Source of the DNA: an uncultured Acidobacteriota bacterium
GTDB taxonomy: Bacteria > Acidobacteriota > Thermoanaerobaculia > Multivoradales > UBA5704
Direction of reading: 5' to 3'
Length of the DNA stretch: 64,000 nucleotides
Assembly (NCBI GenBank): GCA_963770895.1
Contig: CAVYRF010000002.1
Coordinates: 5,632,001-5,696,000, forward strand
The number at the start of each line of letters is the position of its first letter. Position 1 is the stretch's first letter. Positions 40,317 through 49,561 of this stretch are shown here, in pieces. The notes under the pieces were generated by a model. The model was not told the DNA's origin and made no database searches. It worked only from the letters and a program-made list of their open reading frames with translations. The position numbers and the translations under genes were made by a program.

Positions 40317-42914
40317 TTACTGGTAGTAACCGTTCACGTCGAGCAGGACGTTGGTGGAGCCGCCGGTGCCGGACATGCCGACGTAGACGTTGACCTGACC
40401 GCCGGCGCCCATGGTGGTCATGGCGTTGTTGGCGCGCGTCTGGCCGGGACGGAAGTTGAGCGTGCTGGTGGGCGGCAGGTTGGCGCCGGCGGGGAAGAGG
40501 GTGAGGTAGCCGCCGTTGAGCGGTCCGACGATGGTGAGGTTGGCGGAGACCACCTGGGCGGTCGACGGAATGCCGCAGACGCCGGTCACCTGGAAGGCGG
40601 TGGTGGTCGCGGCGGCGAGAGCCGTGGTCTGGCGGGTATCGAACACCCGGCAGGGAGGCACGGTGTAGAAGCGCAGCGGTGTCACGCAGGCGTTGGCGGC
40701 AGCCGTCGTCGAGCGCGCCGAGGCGCAGGTGCCGTTGCTGGCGACGACCTGGTAGTCGTAGGTGGCGCCGCAGATCAGGCCGCCGTCGGCAAAGGATGCG
40801 CTGGTGACCAGGCCGGCCAGGTCGTAGGGGCCGCCGCTGCCGGAGGTGGAGCGCAGGACGGTGTAGTGGGACGCGCCGGAGACCGCGTTCCACGACAGCT
40901 GCACGCCCGACGCGCCGCTGGGGGTGGCGAACAGATCCGTGGGCGCCGACGGCGCCTGGCAGCCCGCCGAACCTGCCGAGCCAGTCCAGCTGGCGACCAT
41001 CTGCGCGGCGTTGACCGAGCCCAGGCCGGTTGCCTGGTCGTAGGCCGTGGTGCAGGCGTAGCCGGTGACGCCGGGGACGCTGTTGTTGCCGGTGGTGACG
41101 TCGTGGAAGACCGCCGGCCCGTGGCTGCTGCCGTACTGGCTGGCGGCCAGCGGATAGAGGACGGTGTTGGCGTTGCCCTGGCGCGACGCGGTCTGCTGCA
41201 CGACCAGCGACATCAGGCCGGCGAAGCTGGGCGACGCCGCCGAAGTGCCGCCGACGACGGTGAACTGGCCGTCCTGCACCACCAGGTAGCCGTCGTGGCC
41301 TGCCGCGGTCAGGGCGACGTCGGGGACGTCGCGCAGGCCGTCGGCCGGCACTCCGGGAGCGACCTGCCAGGTGGGCTTGGTATAGACGGAGCTGGCGCCG
41401 CCGCCGGTGGCCCAGAGATTGCCGCCGCCGCTGACGGTGCCGCTTTCGTTCCAGGCCATTTCGGGGATGTACGACAGGGCTGACTCCAGGGTGGTCTGGT
41501 TGTTGGTGCTGGACCAGTAGGCCGCGGGATTGTTGGCGTCCATGAATTCGGTGCCGCCGACGCAGACGTCGTACTTGGTCGAGCAGAGCCCGTTGACCGC
41601 GCGGCCGGTGCCGGTGGTGTCGCCGCCGGTCTCGCAGCCCGCCGCGCCGGCGTCGCCGGCCGCCACCATGGAGGTGATGCCTTGCGAGGCGGCCTGCGAC
41701 CACAGGTTGTTGTAAAAAGCCAGGTCGCTGTTCATTTCCGCTTCGCAGCTGCCGAAGCTGGTGCTCATCACCGGCGCCAGGTTGTTGTCGACGATGAATT
41801 GCGCCGACAGGTCGACGCCGTCGGTGGTGTCGGTCGAGGCGGAAACCACCAGGTAGACGGTGGCGTTGGGCGCCACCGCCCCCGACCATTCGGTGTCGAG
41901 GTCGGCTTCGGTCTCCTCGCCGCCGCCCAGGTCGCCGGGAGAGGCGCCGTTGTAGGCCACCACCGGGTCGTTGGCCGGCAGGTTGAATTCGCTGCGGAAC
42001 GCCTCCACGTCGCTGAGCAGGATTTCGGTGCGGGCGACGATGGCGATGGCCTGCCCGCTGCCCGTCAGGTTGTTGCCGTACACCGAACCCAGGCCGTAGA
42101 TCGTGGCGAAATCCGCCGGTGCCAGATAGTTGAAGCCCTCGGACGAATAGTTGGGGTCAGCCTTGGGCTGGCCGGCGGCAGCGGGCAGCGCCTGGATGCG
42201 GTGGTGCAGGGGCGGGCGGCGGAAGTCGTTGAGCGAGACGATACCCTGGATGACGCCGGCCAGGGCGCGCGGGATGGACGGCTGGAGCGCGTTGGCATGG
42301 TGCACGGTGCCGGCGACGTCGTAGTCGTGCATCTCGGTGGCGAACGTCTCTTCGACTTGCCGGGCGGTGCCGCTGAAGTTGATCCAGCCGCGCCCGCGGG
42401 CCACTTCGTCGATGGTGAAACCGTGGCTCACGAGCCATCCGGCGACGTTTGCCACGGCGGCCTGGGAGGCTCCGAAGCGCGCTCCGAACTCATTGGGCGT
42501 CAGCCATTTGTGGTAAAGCGGCGAGGCCGGGTCGGCCTGCCCGGCGAGCAGCGTGTCGAGGTCCGCACGGCCGCCGGGGCGAAGCCCGAGCACCAGCACG
42601 ATCCGCTTCATCGGCAGATCGGCGGCGGTGCGGCCCAGGTCGACGGCGGTGCGCAGCCGCGGATGGATGGCGCCGGGCAGGACGACGCGATCGGTTTCGT
42701 CGAGCTGCTGTCGCGCAGCGGTGCCGGCGGCGATGTCGGAGCCAGTGGCGCCAGGGGCGGCAATGGAGCCAAGAGCTGCAGTGCGGCCAGGCGTAGCAGG
42801 CGCGGCGGTAGCGGCAGCGGCGGCGGAATGGGTCAGGATCGACCCGGCCAGGGAAACAAACAGCATGATACCGGCCTGACGCAAGCGATGGCAGGCGGAA
42901 TGGCGATCCGTCAT
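40317..42914 (-). CDS. S53 (sedolisin/kumamolisin) peptidase with pro-domain, FN3 and C-terminal domain
   Basis: EADLDTEW, AAGDAG, RDVPDV, GGTSAASP, YDQATGLGS. Confidence 0.92.
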   Translation of the reverse strand: MTDRHSACHRLRQAGIMLFVSLAGSILTHSAAAAATAAPATPGRTAALGSIAAPGATGSDIAAGTAARQQLDETDRVVLPGAIHPRLRTAVDLGRTAADLPMKRIVLVLGLRPGGRADLDTLLAGQADPASPLYHKWLTPNEFGARFGASQAAVANVAGWLVSHGFTIDEVARGRGWINFSGTARQVEETFATEMHDYDVAGTVHHANALQPSIPRALAGVIQGIVSLNDFRRPPLHHRIQALPAAAGQPKADPNYSSEGFNYLAPADFATIYGLGSVYGNNLTGSGQAIAIVARTEILLSDVEAFRSEFNLPANDPVVAYNGASPGDLGGGEETEADLDTEWSGAVAPNATVYLVVSASTDTTDGVDLSAQFIVDNNLAPVMSTSFGSCEAEMNSDLAFYNNLWSQAASQGITSMVAAGDAGAAGCETGGDTTGTGRAVNGLCSTKYDVCVGGTEFMDANNPAAYWSSTNNQTTLESALSYIPEMAWNESGTVSGGGNLWATGGGASSVYTKPTWQVAPGVPADGLRDVPDVALTAAGHDGYLVVQDGQFTVVGGTSAASPSFAGLMSLVVQQTASRQGNANTVLYPLAASQYGSSHGPAVFHDVTTGNNSVPGVTGYACTTAYDQATGLGSVNAAQMVASWTGSAGSAGCQAPSAPTDLFATPSGASGVQLSWNAVSGASHYTVLRSTSGSGGPYDLAGLVTSASFADGGLICGATYDYQVVASNGTCASARSTTAAANACVTPLRFYTVPPCRVFDTRQTTALAAATTTAFQVTGVCGIPSTAQVVSANLTIVGPLNGGYLTLFPAGANLPPTSTLNFRPGQTRANNAMTTMGAGGQVNVYVGMSGTGGSTNVLLDVNGYYQ

Positions 42915-43085
42915 AACAGGCCCTCTGCGACGGTGATTGCGGGAGGCGAGAATACCCCGTTCCGCTGTACGCCGCAAGGCTGGCGGCCCAGGCAACCATG
43001 TCGATCCACCATATCGGGCCTCACGAACGGCCGGGCGCCGCGGGGCGCGCCGGGCGCCGAACGCCTGTCGCAACCCTTGGCGCGG

Positions 43086-43114
43086 TTGACGCAAGGACCC
43101 GGTTGGTGTATAAC
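43086..43114 (+). promoter_or_regulatory. Promoter of carD
   Basis: TTGACG-17bp-TATAAC. Confidence 0.55.
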
Positions 43115-43192
43115 TTACACCCGTAAGCGTTGGTCCCTCAGTGACTTGCTGCTACAGCTCCGGCACTCATAGACATTCAAGGGGGCAGAGGC

Positions 43193-43711
43193 GTGACATT
43201 TCGAATCGGTCAGAAGGTGGTTTACCCCAATCACGGGGTAAGCCTGGTCGAGAAGATTGAGTCGGGCCAGATGGATGGCGTGGAGCAGCTCTATTTTCAT
43301 CTCCGCCTGTTGTCGAACAACTCCAAGGTCATGGTGCCGAAGGCGAATTTGGAGCTGGTGGGGCTGCGTCCCCTGTGCCACACCCGCGACGTCCGGGTCC
43401 TCTTCGATATCCTCGAGGACGGCAACATCGACACCTACAAGGATTGGAAGGGCCGCTACAAGCAGAATCTGGACAAGATGAAGACCGGTCGCCTGACCGA
43501 AGTCGCGGAGGTGCTCAAGAACCTCCGCCTGGTCAGCCAGCGCAAGAGTCTGTCGTTCCGCGAAAAGAAGATGTACGAGCGCGCCAAATACTTCATCGTC
43601 AGCGAAGTGGCGCACGTCAAGGACATCTCCGAGCGCGAAGCCGAAGACCTGGTCGAGCAGGCGCTCAACTCCAGCCTGGAAAAGCGGCAGCGGACAAAGG
43701 CGGCCAGTTAG
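43193..43711 (+). CDS. carD: CarD/CdnL transcription factor
   Basis: FRIGQKVVYPNHGV, VMVP, GLR, WKGRY, LSFREK. Confidence 0.92.
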   Translation: MTFRIGQKVVYPNHGVSLVEKIESGQMDGVEQLYFHLRLLSNNSKVMVPKANLELVGLRPLCHTRDVRVLFDILEDGNIDTYKDWKGRYKQNLDKMKTGRLTEVAEVLKNLRLVSQRKSLSFREKKMYERAKYFIVSEVAHVKDISEREAEDLVEQALNSSLEKRQRTKAAS

Positions 43712-43762
43712 GCCGCCGTTGACGTGCCGTCCGCGCGTTAGCCACGGGAAGCGCCGCCAGCG

Positions 43763-44521
43763 GTGAACAAAGACAACCTGCTGTTCGCGATGATCGGCCT
43801 GCTGTTCGGGTTCATCGCCGGCTACCTGCTGCACGAGGTGCTGGTAGCCCGGCAGCCGCTGCGCCGCCCGGCCAGCGAGATGGCTGCCGATGCCGGGGCG
43901 GCGGCCGGCGGCGGCATGGCCGAACCGCCGGCGCCCGGCGGCTCGCCGCAGGCCGACATGGCGCCCAACGGGGGAGCCGGCGCCGCGGATGCCGGCGGCG
44001 GGGCAGGGAAGGGGGCCGGCGCGCCCGGCTTCGCAGCGCCCGAGGCGCCGGCGGCCGATGCGCCGGCAGCGGCGGCCGGTGGCGGCGCCGCCGGAGTGCC
44101 GCCCGGCATGGCCGCGGTGCAGCAGCTGCGCGACTACGTGGCCTCCCATCCCAAGGATGCCGACGCGGTGCTGAAGCTCGCCAACCTCAACTTCGACATC
44201 CATAATTGGGCGCGGGCGCGCGATCTCTACTCGCAATACCTCGGGTTGCGCCCGGACAATCCCGACGTGATGACCGACCTGGGCGACTGCTACCGTGAGC
44301 TCAAGCAATACGACAGCGCGCTGGAGCAGTTCCGCCGCGCCGAAGGGCTGGCGCCGGCGCACTGGCGGTCGCTGTTCAACGAGGTGGTCGTGCTGGCCTT
44401 CGATCTCAAGCAGTTCGACGCCGCCGACAAGGCCTTCGCTCACCTCCAACAGGTGGCGCCCCAGCAGCCCGAGGTCACCCAGCTGGGCACCGAGCTGCAA
44501 CGCCGCCGCGCCGCCGGATAG
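43763..44521 (+). CDS. Membrane-anchored TPR protein
   Basis: N-terminal TM, Ala/Gly/Pro linker, TPRs. Confidence 0.8.
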   Translation: MNKDNLLFAMIGLLFGFIAGYLLHEVLVARQPLRRPASEMAADAGAAAGGGMAEPPAPGGSPQADMAPNGGAGAADAGGGAGKGAGAPGFAAPEAPAADAPAAAAGGGAAGVPPGMAAVQQLRDYVASHPKDADAVLKLANLNFDIHNWARARDLYSQYLGLRPDNPDVMTDLGDCYRELKQYDSALEQFRRAEGLAPAHWRSLFNEVVVLAFDLKQFDAADKAFAHLQQVAPQQPEVTQLGTELQRRRAAG

Positions 44522-44680
44522 GCGGCGGGCAGCCGCCGGCCGGCACGCACTGCGCGCCGGCCGGGCCTCGACGATTCGCCGCCGGCGCCCGGCGCGGACC
44601 CGATGTAGAGACCGGCGCCGCCGGCCGAACCGTTCGCACTGAGCCCTTGACCTGAGATCGCCGACTCCGCTCCCAGCCCC

Positions 44681-44983
44681 ATGATCGTCCGGTTGCTCGA
44701 CTTTGCGCTGCTGTCGTTTCTTGCCTGGCTGATCTGGAGCCAGGTGTTCCGTCAGTGGCGTCATGCCGCCGCCGCGCGGCGCCGCGCGGCGGGCGGCGGC
44801 GGGGCGGCGGCATCGCGCGCCACGCGTGCGCCGCAGGACCCGGCCGCCATGACGCTCGTGCGCTGCAGCGCCTGCGGCGTGCACATGCCGGCAGACCGCA
44901 TGCTCGGCGGCCACCCGGGGCAGGTTTTCTGCTCGCCCGCGTGCCAGGCGCGCGGCGCCGCTTCGTCCGCAACCCGCCAGTGA
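44681..44983 (+). CDS. PP0621-like small Zn-finger membrane protein
   Basis: TM + LVRCSACGVHMP...FCSPAC. Confidence 0.75.
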   Translation: MIVRLLDFALLSFLAWLIWSQVFRQWRHAAAARRRAAGGGGAAASRATRAPQDPAAMTLVRCSACGVHMPADRMLGGHPGQVFCSPACQARGAASSATRQ

Positions 44984-47607
44984 GCCGCCGAACGCCCCCG
45001 CAGCGGTCGATCGGCCTGTTTGCGCCGGCGGGATCGGAGGACCCCACGCGGCAGGACAACCTGGGCGGGGAGGTGAGCCCGGAAGACTCGGCGCGCGAAC
45101 AGGCGGCGGCGGCCGGCGCCGTCGCGGGCTATGTCGACCTGGCCCTGCCGCTGCCGCTGCCCGACGCGCTGACCTATGCGGTGCCGGCGGGGTGCGATGC
45201 GCTGGCGGTGCCCGGCGCGCGGGCGCGGGCGCCGGTCGGCAAGCGCCGGCTGGTGGGGGTGATCGTGGCGCGGCGCCCGGCGCCGCCGCCGGGGGTGGCG
45301 GTGCGGCAGCTCGAGGCGGTCCTCGACCGCGAGCCGGTGCTGGGCGAGGACCTGCTGGATCTGGCGCGCTTCACCGCTTCCTACTACCTGGCGCCGCTGG
45401 GCGAGGTGCTGCGCTCGATGCTGCCGGCCGACCTGGCGCCCTGGGGAGACCGGCGGCTTCGCCTCACCAACCAGGGCGCCCTGTCGCTGCCGCGCGCCGG
45501 GGACGCCGGCGCCTGCGAGGCGGCGATCATCGAAGCGCTGCGCGAAGGCGGGCGGATGGCGGTGTCGGACCTGCAGGTGAAAGTGGGCCTGCCGGGTTTC
45601 GAGGCCGCCCTGGCGGCACTCGAACAGAGCGGCCGCATCGCCGGCGAGGACGGCAGCACCCGCTCGACGCGCTACGTGCCGGCGGTCGCCCTGGCGCCGG
45701 AAGTCGCGCCCGAGGCGGTCGGCCGCTCGGCGCCGGCCCGCGAGGTGGTGCAATACCTGGCGGCGGTGGGGCGGCCGGCCACCAGCGCCGAAGTGATGGC
45801 GGCCGTCGGCTGCGGCGCCGGCGTCCTGCGGCGCCTGATCGCGCGGGGCGTCCTGCGTCAATTCACCCAGGTCGAGCGGCTGTCGCTGGACCGCCACCGC
45901 CTGGCGCCGCTCGCGCCGCCTGGGCCGGCGGGGACGCTGGAGCCGGCAGCGCCAGGTTTGCCCCCGGCATCCCCCCTGGACGCGGCGTCGCCGTGGCAGC
46001 TGCGCGCCGACCAGGCGGCGGCCGTGGCGGAGCTGGTCGCGGCGATCGAGCAGCGCCGGTTCCTGCCGGTGCTGCTGCAGGGCATGACCGGCTCGGGCAA
46101 GACCGAGGTCTACCTGCGTGCCGCGGCGGCGGCGATCGAGCGCGGCCGCTCGGCGATCCTGCTGGTGCCCGAGATCGCCCTGGTGCCGGCGCTGGCGCGC
46201 GAGGTGCAGGCCCGCTTCGGCGATCGCCTGGCGATCCTGCACTCCGGCCTGGGGGCAGGCGAGCGCAACCAGGAATGGGAGCGGGTCCGCCAGGGCGGGC
46301 CGATGGTGGTGCTGGGGCCGCGCTCGGCACTGTTTGCGCCGGTGGCAGACCTGGGCCTGCTGGTGGTGGACGAAGAGCAGGACTCGGCCTACAAGCAGGA
46401 GGTCACGCCGCGCTACCAGGCGCGCGACCTGGCCCTGGTGCGCGGCCGCGCCGCCGCCGCCGCGACGCTGCTGGTGTCCGCCACCCCCAGCCTGGAGAGC
46501 CGCCACAACGTCGCCCTGGGCAAGCTCGGCCTGCTGCGCCTGACCGCCCGCTTCGGTCATGGCGCCTTGCCAACCGGCATCCTGGTCGACCTGCGCCAGG
46601 AAGAGGTGGCGCGCCGCCGCCCCGGCGAGGTGCAGTTTTCGGCCCGCCTGCGCGCCGAGATCGCCGCCACCCTGGAAGCGGGGGAGCAGGCCATCCTGCT
46701 GCGCAACCGCCGCGGCTACTCGCCCATGCTGCTGTGCCGCGCCTGCGGCGAGGCGATGCGCTGTCCCGACTGCGGCCTGCCGCGCACCTACCACCGCAGC
46801 CTGCGCCGCCTGCTCTGCCACTACTGCGGCCAGGCGGTCAACGCGCCCCAGGTCTGTCCGGTCTGCGGCGAAAGCGCCCTGGAGCCGATCGGCGCCGGCA
46901 CGGAGCGGGTGGAGGAGGACTTTCAGGCGCTCTTTCCGGGCGTCCCGGTGGACGTGCTGGACCGCGACAGCACCCGCCGGCCGGGCGGCATCGCGGCGGT
47001 CCTGGCGCGCTTCGAGCGCGGTGACGCGAGGGTGCTGATCGGCACTCAGATGGTGTCCAAGGGGCACCACTTCCCGAACGTCGCGCTGACCGCGGTGCTG
47101 ACCGCCGATTCCTATCTCAGCTTCCCCGACTTTCGCGCCGTCGAGCGCACCTACAACCTGCTCACCCAGGTGGCCGGCCGCGCCGGCCGCGGCGACCGTC
47201 CCGGCCGCGTGGTCATCCAGACCTTCCACCCCGAGCATTACGCCATCCAGGCCGCCCTGTCCGGTGACGACGACGCCTTCCTGGCCGAAGAGATGCGCTT
47301 CCGCCGCGTCTTCCACTATCCGCCCTTCACCCGCATGGCGCAGCTCCTGGTCCACGACCGCAACCGCGACCGCGCCCACGCCGCCATCGAAGACCTGGCC
47401 GCCGCCCTGTCCCAGCACACCGCGGGCCGCGCCGTCCGCCTCACCGGCCCCGCCCCCGCCCCCTTCGAACGCCTGCGCGGCGAATGGCGCTACCAGCTCC
47501 TGGTCCGCGGCGCCTGGAGCGACGTGCACCGCCTGCTGAGCGAAGCCCTGCCCAAGACCCCAGCCTACGACCTGACGGTGGATATCGACCCGCAGCAGCT
47601 ACTTTAG
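44980..47607 (+). CDS. priA: Primosomal protein N'
   Basis: GMTGSGKTEVY, LVPEI, DEEQD, SATPS, CxxC Zn motifs, QVAGRAGR. Confidence 0.96.
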   Translation: MSRRTPPQRSIGLFAPAGSEDPTRQDNLGGEVSPEDSAREQAAAAGAVAGYVDLALPLPLPDALTYAVPAGCDALAVPGARARAPVGKRRLVGVIVARRPAPPPGVAVRQLEAVLDREPVLGEDLLDLARFTASYYLAPLGEVLRSMLPADLAPWGDRRLRLTNQGALSLPRAGDAGACEAAIIEALREGGRMAVSDLQVKVGLPGFEAALAALEQSGRIAGEDGSTRSTRYVPAVALAPEVAPEAVGRSAPAREVVQYLAAVGRPATSAEVMAAVGCGAGVLRRLIARGVLRQFTQVERLSLDRHRLAPLAPPGPAGTLEPAAPGLPPASPLDAASPWQLRADQAAAVAELVAAIEQRRFLPVLLQGMTGSGKTEVYLRAAAAAIERGRSAILLVPEIALVPALAREVQARFGDRLAILHSGLGAGERNQEWERVRQGGPMVVLGPRSALFAPVADLGLLVVDEEQDSAYKQEVTPRYQARDLALVRGRAAAAATLLVSATPSLESRHNVALGKLGLLRLTARFGHGALPTGILVDLRQEEVARRRPGEVQFSARLRAEIAATLEAGEQAILLRNRRGYSPMLLCRACGEAMRCPDCGLPRTYHRSLRRLLCHYCGQAVNAPQVCPVCGESALEPIGAGTERVEEDFQALFPGVPVDVLDRDSTRRPGGIAAVLARFERGDARVLIGTQMVSKGHHFPNVALTAVLTADSYLSFPDFRAVERTYNLLTQVAGRAGRGDRPGRVVIQTFHPEHYAIQAALSGDDDAFLAEEMRFRRVFHYPPFTRMAQLLVHDRNRDRAHAAIEDLAAALSQHTAGRAVRLTGPAPAPFERLRGEWRYQLLVRGAWSDVHRLLSEALPKTPAYDLTVDIDPQQLL

Positions 47608-47647
47608 GCCTGGCTGAGGTTGCTCCAGGAGAGGACCGCTCGGGACT

Positions 47648-49561
47648 CTAATGTTGGAGCGCCCATGTCAGGTCAGTGTTGTTCGACGGCGGGTATTGTT
47701 TCAGGTATTCCTGCGGAATCCTTGCCAGCTCGGCTCTCACATCTGCCGTGGTGTGAGGCCCTCCGGCGCGCGCGATGACGGCCAACGCCGTCGCCTTGAG
47801 ATAGCGTGTACGGTTGAGGTCCGCCGATTCACTATTGAACCAGCGCTCGGTCTCGCGATCGCCTTCATTGTTGTCGCGAGCTGCCAGCTTGGAGATCTCC
47901 GCCATGATCCCCAGGGCAGAGTCCAGCTCCTGGAGCGCCAAGGTTGCGTATCGTAGCCGAGAGCGATCGTTCTCCGGGTTCGGCCTGTCTTGCACCAGGA
48001 AGGTGCGGGCGACCAGCAGCAGCGCCCAGCCTTTGTATTCGCGTTGAATGATTCGCCTGGGAGGCGTGAGACGGATACTGTTCACGCTGTCGATCCGAGT
48101 GGCAAGGCTTTCGCCCTCCTGCCGCACATGTTCAGGCCAACCCGGATTGGCTGCTTCGAAGTCGCCGCGAAGAACCTGGATATCCTTCATATAGGAGATC
48201 ACACGGTAGTCCTCGGCGGTCTTTTTCAGGTAGTCAGACTGGGTCCGATACAGCCCGATGATCAGCGCGGCACTGACCACGGCGAGCCCTGCCACCGCCC
48301 AGATCAGGCCGCGCCGTCTCAGTTGATCGCGCCTGCGCACCCGGCTCTCGAGCACGATCGGCGTCATGACTTCGTGGATCAGCTCCACCTGTGTCTGGTG
48401 GAAACGTTCTTCGAAGCGCAGGAGCCTGCGATCGACCAGCCGGTCCAGCGCTTCGCGGGTCACGCCCTGACTGCCCACCGCTTCCGCCAGGAACACGCTG
48501 GCCGGGTTACCGGCAGGGGTGACCATGCGGCTTTCGATGAGTGAGCGCACCGGCCTGCCGGAATCCACCAGGCAACGTTCATAAAAGGCTGCCAGGATCT
48601 CGTGCGAAGAGCTCAGCACCAGGTTGGAGCTGATCGTCTCCAGCCGCTGCAACTTGCGCCGGCTGTTGAGCTCACGGCAGAAAAGGCTCAGGATCGCCGG
48701 TTCGATCTCCAGCGTTTGCCGGTCGTTGGCCGTGTCCAGCTGTACGTCCTGCCGCCTTCCGGCGACGACCTTGAGGATCTCGGATGCCGCCTGCCGGTCG
48801 ACCAGGCCGATGCGCGGTTTCAGGATGGCATCCAGCGCCTGGTCGCCATTCATGGGCAGCAGGCGATATCGATTTTGCATCAGCGACGGCATGCGCGCCT
48901 GCAACTCGACGAGGTCGGCCAGGAAGTCTTCGCGCAGGCACAGCAGCACGCGCACCTTCTGCCGGTCGAATGGGAAGTCCAGGTCCTGGTCGGTCCGCTC
49001 CACTCGTTCGCGCACCGCTTGGGGGACCTGGTTTTCGATCAGATCCGCCAGCTCGACAAGGAACGAATCGACCCCGCCGGCATACTGCCTGCCGTGGGTG
49101 AAGATCTCTTCGAACGGGTCGAAGACCAGGAGCGGTGTCAACAGCCGATTGCGGCGATCGAAAAACGGAGTGCGGTGGAAGTACTCCCAAAGCGTCTGGT
49201 CGGCGGCCAGCGGCGGCACCTCGACGTCGTGCTCACTGGCAGCCTTGCCACAGGCGGCGCCGACCTGCGCGACGAGGCCCCGGTCGGCGGTGAAGTCCAG
49301 CCGGACCGGGATCGGCAGGATACCCGCCTGGCGCAGGAGGGGGTAAAGACCGGCGTTGAGCAGCGAGGTCTTGCCCAACCCGGAGCGGCCGAACAGGACG
49401 GTCAGGGTCTCGCGCTGGACCAGGGTGAACAGGTCGCGGCTCTCGCTATCGCGGCCGAAGTAGAAAGCCCGATCGGCCTCGCCAAATGCCTGCAATCCTG
49501 GATAGGGATCTTCGGTGCTGACACCAGGTACGGCAGCGACCTGTGGTCCGGAGGAAGTCAT
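47648..49561 (-). CDS. nSTAND1-like NTPase with single TM and C-terminal helical domain
   Basis: PYPGL.AF...FYFGR, Walker A GRSGLGKTS, FDPFEE, LRED, ELIHE, TM GLIWAVAGLAVVSAALIIGLY. Confidence 0.85.
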   Translation of the reverse strand: MTSSGPQVAAVPGVSTEDPYPGLQAFGEADRAFYFGRDSESRDLFTLVQRETLTVLFGRSGLGKTSLLNAGLYPLLRQAGILPIPVRLDFTADRGLVAQVGAACGKAASEHDVEVPPLAADQTLWEYFHRTPFFDRRNRLLTPLLVFDPFEEIFTHGRQYAGGVDSFLVELADLIENQVPQAVRERVERTDQDLDFPFDRQKVRVLLCLREDFLADLVELQARMPSLMQNRYRLLPMNGDQALDAILKPRIGLVDRQAASEILKVVAGRRQDVQLDTANDRQTLEIEPAILSLFCRELNSRRKLQRLETISSNLVLSSSHEILAAFYERCLVDSGRPVRSLIESRMVTPAGNPASVFLAEAVGSQGVTREALDRLVDRRLLRFEERFHQTQVELIHEVMTPIVLESRVRRRDQLRRRGLIWAVAGLAVVSAALIIGLYRTQSDYLKKTAEDYRVISYMKDIQVLRGDFEAANPGWPEHVRQEGESLATRIDSVNSIRLTPPRRIIQREYKGWALLLVARTFLVQDRPNPENDRSRLRYATLALQELDSALGIMAEISKLAARDNNEGDRETERWFNSESADLNRTRYLKATALAVIARAGGPHTTADVRAELARIPQEYLKQYPPSNNTDLTWALQH

